Of a stretch of 64,000 nt of DNA, positions 11,386 through 20,975 are shown piece by piece. Below the pieces are notes generated by a model that worked only from the letters and a program-made list of their open reading frames with translations, searched no databases and was not told where the DNA came from. How positions within the stretch are numbered: position 1 is the first letter of the stretch; every line of letters starts with the position of its first letter. Both the position numbers and the translations under genes were made by a program. The DNA is from Clostridia bacterium (GTDB taxonomy: Bacteria > Bacillota > Clostridia > UMGS1883 > UMGS1540). The stretch spans positions 28-64,027 of the forward strand of contig JAZSLT010000024.1 in NCBI GenBank assembly GCA_045535515.1. The letters are read 5' to 3'.

Positions 11386-11423
11386 AAAAAAATGTCCATA
11401 CTACGGGGTATGGACATTTTTTT
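11386..11423 (+). terminator. Intrinsic terminator with bidirectional form
   Basis: AAAAAAATGTCCATAC/GTATGGACATTTTTTT perfect inverted repeat. Confidence 0.8.
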
Positions 11424-11707
11424 GTATTTCTGGAAGCAGAGCCGGACGGCACACCTTTTCTGTTTTTTAAAAAAAGCATGGAAAAACAGCATATTATTCC
11501 GCATGCTGAAAAGTCCGCTTTTGAGGGATAGCCTTGTCCTGCGCCTTTTCATAAGCCCCTATAAAATTTTTCTTTTTATCCTGCGTTTCTTTTTCCGGCG
11601 CGGTTTTTTGTATTTTGCCAAATTTTTGTTTCTGAAATGATTGACAAAGTAAGGTGGTTTAGTATATTATGGTATAGACTCAAATGTTGGGAAGTGATTT
11701 TTTGTTC

Positions 11708-12688
11708 ATGGAAAATATGCAGGCACTTGTAGGCAATACGCCGCTTTTGCAAATTGACTTTATGTATAAGGGAAAGAAAGGCTCCGTATTTGCAAAGGCA
11801 GAATATTATAATGTAACGGGCAGTATCAAGGATAGGGTGGCACAGCATGTTGTTGCGCGCGCGTATGAGACGGGTGAGCTGAAAAAGGGCGATACGATTG
11901 TGGAGGCCACCAGCGGTAACACCGGCATTTCCTTTTCTGCCGTGGGTAGCGCACTCGGGCATCCCGTCAAGATTTTTATGCCGGATTGGATGACGAAGGA
12001 ACGCATACATATCATGGAAAGCTTTGGCGCCGAGGTCGTTCTCGTTTCCCGCGAGGAAGGAGGCTTTTTAGGCTCTATCGCGATGGCGGAGAAGATGGGC
12101 GAGGCGGACGGCGTGTTTTTGCCGCGCCAATTCTCAAACCCCGAAAACACCGAAACGCACTACCGGTATACCGGGCAGGAAATCGTAGAGCAGCTCGGAA
12201 AAATCGGCCTTTTGGCGGATGGTGTGGTAGCCGGCGTCGGCACAGGCGGTACCGTAATGGGCATCGGCAAAAGACTTCGCGAGGCCAATCCCTCGTGCCG
12301 CGTATATCCGCTGGAGCCAAAAAATTCCCCCACCCTTTCCACAGGATACAAGGTGGGGAAACATAAGATTTATGGAATTTCTGACGAGTTTATCCCCGAC
12401 CTTGTGAAGCTTTCCGAGCTGGATGAAGTAGTGTCGGTGGATGACGGGGATGCGATTATCATGGCACGCATGCTCTCCGAAACGCTCGGCCTTGGCGTCG
12501 GCGTTTCCTCGGGCGCCAATTTCCTCGGTGCCGTTTTGGCATGGGAAAAGGGATGCCGTGTGCCGGTGACGGTATTTGCGGATGATAACAAAAAGTATCT
12601 TTCGACCGACTATGCCGCGGCCGACACGAAACAGGGCGGCGAAATGACGAAGGATATTACGCTTCTTGGCCTTGCGGCATACCGGTAA
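11708..12688 (+). CDS. cysK: Cysteine synthase family PLP enzyme
   Basis: VGNTPL, GSIKDR, EATSGNTG and GVGTGGT motifs; TTGACA at 11641 upstream. Confidence 0.85.
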   Translation: MENMQALVGNTPLLQIDFMYKGKKGSVFAKAEYYNVTGSIKDRVAQHVVARAYETGELKKGDTIVEATSGNTGISFSAVGSALGHPVKIFMPDWMTKERIHIMESFGAEVVLVSREEGGFLGSIAMAEKMGEADGVFLPRQFSNPENTETHYRYTGQEIVEQLGKIGLLADGVVAGVGTGGTVMGIGKRLREANPSCRVYPLEPKNSPTLSTGYKVGKHKIYGISDEFIPDLVKLSELDEVVSVDDGDAIIMARMLSETLGLGVGVSSGANFLGAVLAWEKGCRVPVTVFADDNKKYLSTDYAAADTKQGGEMTKDITLLGLAAYR

Positions 12689-13961
12689 ATATACCGAGAC
12701 CGCTTGCTAAAATGCCGAGATTATCGCGATAAATTTCAGAAAACTGACGAAGGGGCAACGGGTTTATACCGTTGCCCGCTTCTATTGTATAGCCGGGGCG
12801 GTTATAGGTGAGAATAAACCAATCCTTATACCCTGCAAAGCTGCTGGCATAAGGCGTTTCCTCCAGCGCATAGCCGCTCACGCGCGAAAAAAGCTCCCCG
12901 ATTTCACGGGAGTTTGGCGGCAGAAAGTCTAAAAACTGCCAATAGATGACCTCGCCTTGCGTGTGATACGAAAGCGTAAGCAGAAAGTCGTGCGCCTCGG
13001 TAAAGCGGTACACCGCCGCCGACTCCGGTGCCTCCAGCGGCGCGCTGCCCACATAATCGCGCGGAGCAGGGGAGGTGTACCCTTGCGCAAACTTGATTTC
13101 TCTTGCCCTTTCCCAATAGGCGGGGTAGCTGAGATTGGGGTCCACGCCGTCAATGTTCGCCTTCCACCCGCTGGGGAAGGGGATTTGCGGATAGTTTCGG
13201 GCATAGGAGACAGCACGCGTATAGAAGGGCGAGGAAGTCGGGACGGCTCCGTTTACAAGGTCTACGCCGTCGGGGTTTACGAGCGGAATCATATAAAGGG
13301 TAGTGGCGCGGTAAAGAGAGACGGCGTTGTACCCATAAAGAGTGCTGCCATTTGCCACGCTTTCGGCATAGTCCTCGGTGAATTTCAGCAGCACGGGCGT
13401 CGTAATCCATTCGTTCCCGTGGTGGGAAGCGTTGTAAAAAACCTCTTTTCCGCCTTCTCCTATCGTCAGCGTGTAGAGATTTTGCCCCATCACGCTACTT
13501 CCCGCGCTGCCTACGCGGATAAACGGGTAGCGAGCCTGCAGGCCTTCCACCAAAAGCTTTACAAGCCAATAGGTGTAGGCAACATTTGTAGGGATAAGCG
13601 GAAAGCCGTACGGCACAATGAGCGTGGTGCCCACCTGCAAATTCTCCGTCACGACCTCCGGATTTGCCATAAGAATCCGCTCGGGTGAGGTAAAAAAAGC
13701 CTTGGCAATCGAAAAAACAGTATCACCCGGCTTTATGGTGTAGTAGCCAAAACCGCGGAGAATGGGCATAAGGACGGACCATGTGCGCGCGCCCACAATG
13801 CCGTCGGGGGAAAGACCGTTTGCACCTTGCAAGGCGAGGACCGCCCTTTTGGTGGCCGGACCAAACACACCATCCACCGCCACCTCGTATCCAAGGCGGA
13901 AGAGGGCTAGTTGCAGGTATTCTACCCACACCCCTCTGTCGCCTTCTCTTATCATTTCCAA
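12657..13961 (-). CDS. Peptidoglycan-binding/LysM M14 peptidase (gamma-D-glutamyl-mDAP peptidase type)
   Basis: DGVFGP and DGIVG peptidoglycan-binding motifs, LysM (YTIKPGDT), HGNE, NPDGVD, SYHTQG and TIEAG; start uncertain (13961 or 13955). Confidence 0.88.
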   Translation of the reverse strand: MEMIREGDRGVWVEYLQLALFRLGYEVAVDGVFGPATKRAVLALQGANGLSPDGIVGARTWSVLMPILRGFGYYTIKPGDTVFSIAKAFFTSPERILMANPEVVTENLQVGTTLIVPYGFPLIPTNVAYTYWLVKLLVEGLQARYPFIRVGSAGSSVMGQNLYTLTIGEGGKEVFYNASHHGNEWITTPVLLKFTEDYAESVANGSTLYGYNAVSLYRATTLYMIPLVNPDGVDLVNGAVPTSSPFYTRAVSYARNYPQIPFPSGWKANIDGVDPNLSYPAYWERAREIKFAQGYTSPAPRDYVGSAPLEAPESAAVYRFTEAHDFLLTLSYHTQGEVIYWQFLDFLPPNSREIGELFSRVSGYALEETPYASSFAGYKDWFILTYNRPGYTIEAGNGINPLPLRQFSEIYRDNLGILASGLGIFTGMPQGQEA

Positions 13962-13982
13962 TATAAAACCTCCTTTCATAGG

Positions 13983-14011
13983 ATACTATGTATACCAAAA
14001 TAGGAATATTC
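13983..14011 (-). promoter_or_regulatory. SigE/SigK-like promoter of the M14 peptidase gene
   Basis: Minus strand reads GAATATTC...CATAGTAT just before the AAAGGAGG RBS. Confidence 0.45.
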
Positions 14012-14065
14012 TACAAATTTTTTGCATTTTGTAGCGGATTTCCTATAGAATATGCGTAAAATTCG

Positions 14066-14094
14066 TTGACAGAACGGGTAGAATGTGATACAAT
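14066..14094 (+). promoter_or_regulatory. SigA promoter of the polysaccharide operon
   Basis: TTGACA-17-TACAAT with extended TG. Confidence 0.75.
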
Positions 14095-14201
14095 ATAAAA
14101 GAGTATTTATGCGCATTGATTCTCGCGCAAAAAACCCGAAAAAACGACATTTTGCTCGCATAAACCAGATACTTGCAAAGGCAAGTGGAAAGTGAATAAA
14201 T

Positions 14202-15422
14202 ATGATGGAAATTAAGAGGAATATTCCGTTTTCCCCTCCTGACATCAGCGAGGCGGAAATTGCGGAGGTGGCAGAGGCTCTCCGCAGCGGCTGGATTACC
14301 ACGGGGCCGAGAACGAAAGCCCTCGAAAAGAATATTGCCGCTTTTGTCGGGACAGAAAGGTGCGTATGCCTCAGTTCGCAGACGGCGTGTGCCGAAATGG
14401 CGCTTCGCGTCATGGGGATTTGCGAGGGTGACGAGGTTTTGGTGCCTGCCTATACATATACGGCCTCCGCTTCCGTTATTGCGCATGTTGGCGCAAAAAT
14501 CGTAATGATTGACTCGCAGCCGGACTCGCTTGAAATGGACTATGATGCGCTGGAGACAGCCATCACCGAAAAAACAAAGGCGATTATTCCGGTGGATATT
14601 GCCGGTATCCCTTGCGATTATGACAGAATATTTGCGATTGTCGAGCGAAAAATGCCTCTTTTTAAGCCTTGCGGTAAAATGCAGGAGGCACTCGGCCGCA
14701 TTGCCGTTATGGCCGATACGGCGCATGCCTTCGGTGCAAAAAGGTATGGCAAAATGGTCGGCTCTGTGGCAGATTTTTCAAGCTTTTCCTTCCATGCCGT
14801 CAAGAACCTTACAACCGCCGAGGGCGGCGCTTTGACTTGGAACACCATCCCCGGTATCGCGAACGAAGAGATTTATAAAAAACTGCAGCTTCTCAGCCTG
14901 CACGGCCAATCCAAGGATGCCCTCTCCAAGACGCAGCTGGGCGCGTGGGAATATGATATTGTAGACACTTTCTATAAGTGCAATATGACAGATGTTGCGG
15001 CCGCTATCGGGCTTGTGCAGTTTGCACGCTACCCGGAGATGCTCCGGCGAAGAAGGCAAATCATAGAGGCTTATGACGCGGCGCTAAGACCTCTCGGTGT
15101 GCAGACACTTGACCATTACACCGAGGAGTACACTTCCTCCGGCCACTTGTATCTTACGCGTATCCCCGGCGTTACGGAAAAAGAACGCGGCGAAATCATT
15201 ATCCGCATGGCGGAGCGCGGCATTGCCTGTAATGTTCATTACAAACCGCTTCCCATGCACACGGCATACAAAAAACGGGGCTTTGCTATCGCGGATTTCC
15301 CGAACGCCTACGCGCACTTTGCCAATGAGATTACGCTGCCGCTCCACACTCGCCTTTTGGATGCGGATGTAGCATACATAATAGATGCCTACACTTCGGT
15401 TTTGAAGGAGTACATAAAATGA
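14202..15422 (+). CDS. DegT/DnrJ sugar aminotransferase, WcfR/AatB (AATGal) type
   Basis: IPFSPPDI, LRSGWITTGP, FSFHAVKNLTTAEGG, LSLHGQSKDA and NVHYKPLP, as recalled for pneumococcal AatB and B. fragilis WcfR. Confidence 0.9.
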   Translation: MMEIKRNIPFSPPDISEAEIAEVAEALRSGWITTGPRTKALEKNIAAFVGTERCVCLSSQTACAEMALRVMGICEGDEVLVPAYTYTASASVIAHVGAKIVMIDSQPDSLEMDYDALETAITEKTKAIIPVDIAGIPCDYDRIFAIVERKMPLFKPCGKMQEALGRIAVMADTAHAFGAKRYGKMVGSVADFSSFSFHAVKNLTTAEGGALTWNTIPGIANEEIYKKLQLLSLHGQSKDALSKTQLGAWEYDIVDTFYKCNMTDVAAAIGLVQFARYPEMLRRRRQIIEAYDAALRPLGVQTLDHYTEEYTSSGHLYLTRIPGVTEKERGEIIIRMAERGIACNVHYKPLPMHTAYKKRGFAIADFPNAYAHFANEITLPLHTRLLDADVAYIIDAYTSVLKEYIK

Positions 15423-16078
15423 TGTATCGTTTTTTTAAGCGTTTTTGTGATATCGTTGTATCCCTTATGGCGATGCCGTTTGTTCTGTTAACGCTTCTTG
15501 TCTTTGCGCCTATCATCTGGCTTTCGGACCGTGGCCCTGTATTTTACAATGCAGAGCGCGTCGGGTACAAGGGAAAGGTTTTTAAGATGTATAAACTTCG
15601 TTCTATGAAGGTGAATTCTCCCAATCTTAAAAACGCCGATGGCTCGACTTATAACAGCGCCCATGACCCGCGTGTGACGAAGGTCGGTCGGCTGATGCGT
15701 AAGACCTCTATTGACGAATTTCCGCAGTTTTTTAATATGCTCAAGGGCGATATGAGCTTTGTCGGCCCCAGAGCGCATCTTACCACAAACTACAAGGGAT
15801 ACGAGTTTTTAGATGAACCACACAAAAAACGCCTCGAGGTGCGCCCCGGTATTACGGGGTACAGTCAGGCTTATTTTCGGAATGCCGCCACCTCGGAGCA
15901 GAAGATGGCAAACGATGTTTACTATGTAGAAAACATTTCCCTCTGGCTTGACATCAAGATTCTTTTTAAGACAGTATTTTCGGTACTCGCCCTCAAAAAT
16001 ATTTATGTGACCGAGGCCAATGCTGAAGGCGAGGCAATTATACAGGAAAAACAACCTACCGAGGCGGGTAAATCATGA
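15419..16078 (+). CDS. Initiating phosphoglycosyl transferase (Bac_transf family)
   Basis: KRFCD, YKLRSM, RKTSIDEFPQ, GDMSFVGPR and RPGITG motifs. Confidence 0.92.
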   Translation: MMYRFFKRFCDIVVSLMAMPFVLLTLLVFAPIIWLSDRGPVFYNAERVGYKGKVFKMYKLRSMKVNSPNLKNADGSTYNSAHDPRVTKVGRLMRKTSIDEFPQFFNMLKGDMSFVGPRAHLTTNYKGYEFLDEPHKKRLEVRPGITGYSQAYFRNAATSEQKMANDVYYVENISLWLDIKILFKTVFSVLALKNIYVTEANAEGEAIIQEKQPTEAGKS

Positions 16079-17265
16079 AAAAATTGCTTATCATCGGCGC
16101 GTCCATCTTGCAGCTCCCTGCTATCAAAAAAGCGAAGGAAATGGGGTTTCATGTGGGCGTTGTTGACTATAATCCAAGTGCCGTAGGCGTGCCGCTTGCA
16201 GACGAGTTCTTCTGCGTTTCCACCATTGATATTGAAGGTGTGGTAGAGGTTGCGGAAACTTTCCGTCCAGACGGTATTATGACGCTTGCTACCGATATGC
16301 CGATGCGCTCTATTGCGGCGGCGTGCGAAAGACTTGACCTTCCCGGCATCTCTCCCGAAACGGCGCTTAAATCTACGGATAAAGGCGAAATGATAAAGTG
16401 CTTTAAGGAGCATGGAGTGGAGCATCCGTGGTACTTTATCCTGCAGTCGCCCGATGCGTTGGACAGCATAAAAGAGGAGATTTCCTATCCGTGTATTACC
16501 AAACCCACCGATAATTCCGGAAGCCGCGGCGTTATGCTGGTGCATACGGAAAAGGAGCTTAGGGAAGCTGTCGCATACAGCGCAGAAAACGGGCGCGGTG
16601 GCGGCGTTATCGTGGAAGAATACATGCGTGGCCCCGAGGTTAGCGTGGAGATAGTTGTCACAGATGGCAAGCCCCATGTACTGCAAGTCACCGATAAGCT
16701 GACTACCGGCGCACCGCACTTTGTAGAAATGGGGCATAGCCAGCCCAGCAGGCTTTGCGCGGGCGACCTGAATAAGATACGGGACCTTGCCAAAAGAGCC
16801 GTGATAGCGGTTGGAATTCAAAACGGCCCTGCACATGTGGAGATAATTCTCACAAAAGACGGGCCGAAGATGGTAGAGCTCGGTGCCCGTATGGGGGGCG
16901 ACTGTATTACAACGCACCTCGTTCCGCTTTCCACCGGAATTGACATGATAGAGGCGACCATCCAGATTGCTTGCGGCGAGACGCCGGATATTACGCCGAG
17001 GTACGAAAAGGGAAGTGCCATTCGTTTTCTCGATGCACCTTCCGGCACGATTGCCGCTATTGAAGGTGTAGAAGAAGCGAAAACGATAGATGGTGTCTGT
17101 GAGATATCCTTTACGAAGGGTTTGGGTGATACCGTCGGCAATATCGGCTCCAGTACCGACAGAACAGGCTTTGTCATAGCGCAGGCCGACACGGCAGCAG
17201 ATGCCGCCAAGGTTTGCGAGAGGGCATTGGGAGAAATAAAAATAGCGACAGAGCCAATGTCTTAA
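16075..17265 (+). CDS. ATP-grasp ligase (amino-acid/amide ligase-like)
   Basis: KPTDNSGSRGV, VEEYMRGPEVSVE, HVEIIL and ELGARMGG motifs. Confidence 0.88.
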   Translation: MKKLLIIGASILQLPAIKKAKEMGFHVGVVDYNPSAVGVPLADEFFCVSTIDIEGVVEVAETFRPDGIMTLATDMPMRSIAAACERLDLPGISPETALKSTDKGEMIKCFKEHGVEHPWYFILQSPDALDSIKEEISYPCITKPTDNSGSRGVMLVHTEKELREAVAYSAENGRGGGVIVEEYMRGPEVSVEIVVTDGKPHVLQVTDKLTTGAPHFVEMGHSQPSRLCAGDLNKIRDLAKRAVIAVGIQNGPAHVEIILTKDGPKMVELGARMGGDCITTHLVPLSTGIDMIEATIQIACGETPDITPRYEKGSAIRFLDAPSGTIAAIEGVEEAKTIDGVCEISFTKGLGDTVGNIGSSTDRTGFVIAQADTAADAAKVCERALGEIKIATEPMS

Positions 17266-17346
17266 AAGAATGGTTTGCTATCCCATAAAAGGCGAAGAAA
17301 GTTTCTGGTGCGAATGTGATGATTTTCAAGAAAGCGATGTGAGTTT

Positions 17347-18471
17347 GTGAATAAAAAAATCGGCATATTGACATTTGCTTATTCCAGCAATCCCGGTTCT
17401 GTTCTACAGGCGTATGCTTTGCAAAAAACCATAACGGAAATAGAGGGTTATACAGCGTTTATTGTAAATTATCAAAAAACGGCGGCTGACCGTCCGATTT
17501 TTGGCAAGAATGTATTTTTTGGCCCCGTCCGCAGTTGGACGGCGAAAAAAGTGATAGGGTGGACCGCTCGATGCCTTGCTTACCCCGTACGCATGCGCAA
17601 ATATAACAAATTTTTTGGCAGATATTACAATGGCGACCCCAAAAAGAGGCCGTGCCCGAAGGAAGAACTTTCAAAGCTTGGGGAATCATATGATGCCTTT
17701 GTGGTGGGGAGTGACCAGATTTGGAATTTTGACAGTATAAATGTGGATACCACCTATTTTCTTGATTTTGTCCAAAATGGTGCCAAAAAAATATCGTATG
17801 CAGCAAGCTTAGGCGGAAACGGCATTCCCCAAAATAAAATAGAAACAGTTGCGGCCTTACTCAAGGATTTTTCCGCGGTTTCTGTGCGTGAAAAAAGCAG
17901 TATCGAAGTCGTGGAACCGTTCACAAAGGTTCCTGTCAAATGGGTTTTAGACCCTTCTCTGCTATTGGATAAGGAATGGAACGAGATGGCGGTTACGCCT
18001 CGCGAAAAGAAATATGTATTCCTATATCTTCGGGAGGACTCGGCGTATTTAGAAGACTTTGCTAAAAAACTTGCCGAAAAATATGGTCTGCAGGTGATTA
18101 AGGTCGTACTGCATTGGAAATGTGATGGGCGCGGAAGAAGGCAAAAAGCCATGGGACCGCTCCAGTGGCTTGGCTATATGAAAAACGCAGACTATGTGGT
18201 AACGAACAGCTTTCATGGTATATGCTTTTCCATCGCCCATAGAAAAGAATTTTTTGTCGGCTTGCTCAAAGGAAACCGGGATTTCACAAATCCGCGTATT
18301 TCCGATGTGCTAGCGCAGTTTGGATTATCCGACCGTTGTATTGACAATGTGGATATTGAAAATCTTTCTCCGATAAATTACGAAGCCGTTGATGCGTTTT
18401 TGGAGGAACGAAAACAGTTTTCTTTGGCCTATTTAAAAAATGCACTAAAGGGAGTAACCGATGAAAAATAG
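17347..18471 (+). CDS. Polysaccharide pyruvyl transferase family protein
   Basis: GSVLQAYAL, VGSDQIW, SYAASLG, SVRE, DPSLL and TNSFHG motifs. Confidence 0.9.
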   Translation: MNKKIGILTFAYSSNPGSVLQAYALQKTITEIEGYTAFIVNYQKTAADRPIFGKNVFFGPVRSWTAKKVIGWTARCLAYPVRMRKYNKFFGRYYNGDPKKRPCPKEELSKLGESYDAFVVGSDQIWNFDSINVDTTYFLDFVQNGAKKISYAASLGGNGIPQNKIETVAALLKDFSAVSVREKSSIEVVEPFTKVPVKWVLDPSLLLDKEWNEMAVTPREKKYVFLYLREDSAYLEDFAKKLAEKYGLQVIKVVLHWKCDGRGRRQKAMGPLQWLGYMKNADYVVTNSFHGICFSIAHRKEFFVGLLKGNRDFTNPRISDVLAQFGLSDRCIDNVDIENLSPINYEAVDAFLEERKQFSLAYLKNALKGVTDEK

Positions 18472-19669
18472 TTGTGTACAGGTGCAGGATAAACATCTTT
18501 GCTGTGGCTGCGAAGGATGTGCCAATGCGTGTCCGAAGGATGCCATTACTTTCGCAGAAGATGAATACGGCTTTATCTACCCTTTGGTAGATAAGGATGT
18601 TTGCATAGATTGTGGCAAATGTGTTAAGGTTTGTCCCATTTTGGGAGAGGAAAAGAATAAAGAAAGGCCTATTCGCGCATATGCGGCGGTAAATAAGGCG
18701 ATTTCCGTATTGCAGCAGAGTAGTTCCGGCGGCGTGTTTTCGGCAGTTGCCGGCTATGTTCTCGGGCGCGGCGGTGCTGTATGCGGATGCGTGCTGGATG
18801 AGAAGCTTCGGGCTATACATATATGCACCGAAAAGGAAACGGATATTGTGCGTATGCGCGGGTCAAAGTATGTGCAGAGCAATATCGGAAATGTTTTCCG
18901 CGAGGTGGCTGAACGCATTAAGAATGGACAAATGGTGCTTTTTACAGGAACACCTTGCCAGGTAGCCGCTTTATATAGTGTTTTGGGAAACAAGGCATGC
19001 GAAAACCTTATTACCATGGACCTTGTCTGTCACGGCGTGCCGAGTGCGCGTATGTTCAAAAAATACATAGAGTATTTAGAAAAAAAGCATCACAAAAAGA
19101 TTGTGAAATTCAAGTTTCGCAACAAAAAATACGGATGGCAACGGTGGACGACTTCATATATCGACGAAGATGGCCGCGAAAAGAATCTGGGTAAAACAAG
19201 TGAATTTTATATTCCGTCATTTACCGGTGGGAATATTATGCGTCCATCGTGCTTTACTTGCAAATTTGCTTGCCCCGAACGCGTGGGCGATATTACGGTA
19301 GGAGATTTCTGGGGACACGAAAAAATCAACTTGGCGTGTAATACGGAGCAAGGCGTGTCAATTTGTACATTGAATACAGATAAAGCGATTTCTCTATTCC
19401 AGTATCTGTCGGAGCACCTTTTTTTACAGGAGATAGATTATAACATAGCTGTAAAAGGAAACAGATGTCTGCATAAGCCCACAGAAAAAGGGGATAAGTG
19501 GGACCTGTATATGGATGCGCTGAAAAACGATAACATCAAAAATGTTGCTGAAAGATACATTAAGAAGAACAAAAAGAAAATTCTGCGCGAAAAACTGAAA
19601 ATGTTTGTTCCCTATAAAATTTTCACCTTGATAAGAAAGAAAAAATATGGGCAAAAGGATGTTGGATAA
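18461..19669 (+). CDS. FrhB-like (F420 hydrogenase beta domain) protein with 2x[4Fe-4S] ferredoxin
   Basis: CCGCEGCANACP, CIDCGKCVKVCP, SSSGG, GSKYVQS, GTPCQ, CHGVPS and RPSCFTC motifs. Confidence 0.88.
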   Translation: MKNSCVQVQDKHLCCGCEGCANACPKDAITFAEDEYGFIYPLVDKDVCIDCGKCVKVCPILGEEKNKERPIRAYAAVNKAISVLQQSSSGGVFSAVAGYVLGRGGAVCGCVLDEKLRAIHICTEKETDIVRMRGSKYVQSNIGNVFREVAERIKNGQMVLFTGTPCQVAALYSVLGNKACENLITMDLVCHGVPSARMFKKYIEYLEKKHHKKIVKFKFRNKKYGWQRWTTSYIDEDGREKNLGKTSEFYIPSFTGGNIMRPSCFTCKFACPERVGDITVGDFWGHEKINLACNTEQGVSICTLNTDKAISLFQYLSEHLFLQEIDYNIAVKGNRCLHKPTEKGDKWDLYMDALKNDNIKNVAERYIKKNKKKILREKLKMFVPYKIFTLIRKKKYGQKDVG

Positions 19670-20952
19670 TGGAGAATCTAAAAGGAAAGCGGCTTATCAT
19701 TCTTGGCGGCACCTCGGCGTCGTATGACCTTGTGCGTAATGCGAGGGAAATGGGGATATATACGATTGTTACCGACCCTAACGCGACAGGGGTATCCAAG
19801 GAGATTGCGGACGATACGGCCATGGTGAGTACAGCGGATGTGGATGCCGTCATAAAACTCGCAAAAGAAAAGAATGCTGACGGCATTTTCTGCGGTCCTT
19901 CCGAGTTTAATCTGCGCAATGTTATTGCAGCTTGCACAAAAGCCGGCCTTCCTTGTTATACGACGATGGATGTATGGGACAAGTGTGCAAATAAGGATGT
20001 GTTTAAATCTTATTGCCGTGCATATGGGGTAGACTGCACACCCGAATATAATATTACATTGGATACACCGGACAGCGAGCTTGTAAAGATAGAGTATCCT
20101 ATCATCATAAAGCCTGTTGACGGTTGCAGTTCTGCGGGCATCTCGGTCTGTAAGTCCGCGGCAGATGTGCCAAAAGCTTGTAAGAGGGCGTATGCCGCTT
20201 CCAAATCAAAAAAGATAATTGCGGAAAAGTATATTGAAAATGGCGGAGAGATTTTCAGCGTTCGTTATATGCTTCGGGACGGGGAAGCGTATCCGTACTT
20301 TATGATGGATACCTATGTGGCTGACCCTATTCACCGCACGAGCCTTATAAGCGGATATACGCATGCGCCTTCCAAATATGCGGCGTATTATATGCAGTAC
20401 ATGGATAAAGATGTTCGCCGTATGCTGAAAGGCATGGGACTTAAAAACGGAACTGCTTTTATCCAGTCACTTCCGTATAAGGGGAAGATATATTTCCATG
20501 AGATGGGACACAGGCTTAGCGGGGGAATGATATTTAAGCTTACAGAACCTCTTGTCGGCGTCCACGACATGAAAATGATGCTCCGATATGCTGTCGGTGG
20601 AGGAAGTATCACCGAAGAGGAAACGGCAAAAATAGACCTTTCATGCCATGGGCGTATAGGCGGGCAGCTTATGATGCCGCTTGATGTTGGAACGATAGGA
20701 AGTATTGAGGGCGTAGAAAGAATAAAAGAGAACCCTGCGGTTGTCGATTATTTGCAGTATTATAACATTGGGGATACGATAGAACAACGAATTATAGGAA
20801 CACTTGGTCAGCATTTCGGACGCATTACCTTTATCGTGGATTCTCACGAGGAGGAATTGGAGATTATTCAATATTTTCAGAATACAATTCGCGTTTACGA
20901 TGTTGGCGGCAAACGCATGAATAATTTGCAATTTGATATTTCGAGATTCTGA
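19669..20952 (+). CDS. ATP-grasp domain protein
   Basis: YPIIIKPVDGCSSAGI, IAEKYI and FHEMGHRLSGG motifs. Confidence 0.85.
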   Translation: MENLKGKRLIILGGTSASYDLVRNAREMGIYTIVTDPNATGVSKEIADDTAMVSTADVDAVIKLAKEKNADGIFCGPSEFNLRNVIAACTKAGLPCYTTMDVWDKCANKDVFKSYCRAYGVDCTPEYNITLDTPDSELVKIEYPIIIKPVDGCSSAGISVCKSAADVPKACKRAYAASKSKKIIAEKYIENGGEIFSVRYMLRDGEAYPYFMMDTYVADPIHRTSLISGYTHAPSKYAAYYMQYMDKDVRRMLKGMGLKNGTAFIQSLPYKGKIYFHEMGHRLSGGMIFKLTEPLVGVHDMKMMLRYAVGGGSITEEETAKIDLSCHGRIGGQLMMPLDVGTIGSIEGVERIKENPAVVDYLQYYNIGDTIEQRIIGTLGQHFGRITFIVDSHEEELEIIQYFQNTIRVYDVGGKRMNNLQFDISRF

Positions 20953-20975
20953 AAAACAGTTGGGAGGAGATTTTT

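Noticed and set aside
11308-11640. Short ORFs on both strands near the fakA terminator
   Set aside because: Low-complexity Phe/Lys-rich translations that cross a terminator and lack a convincing RBS.
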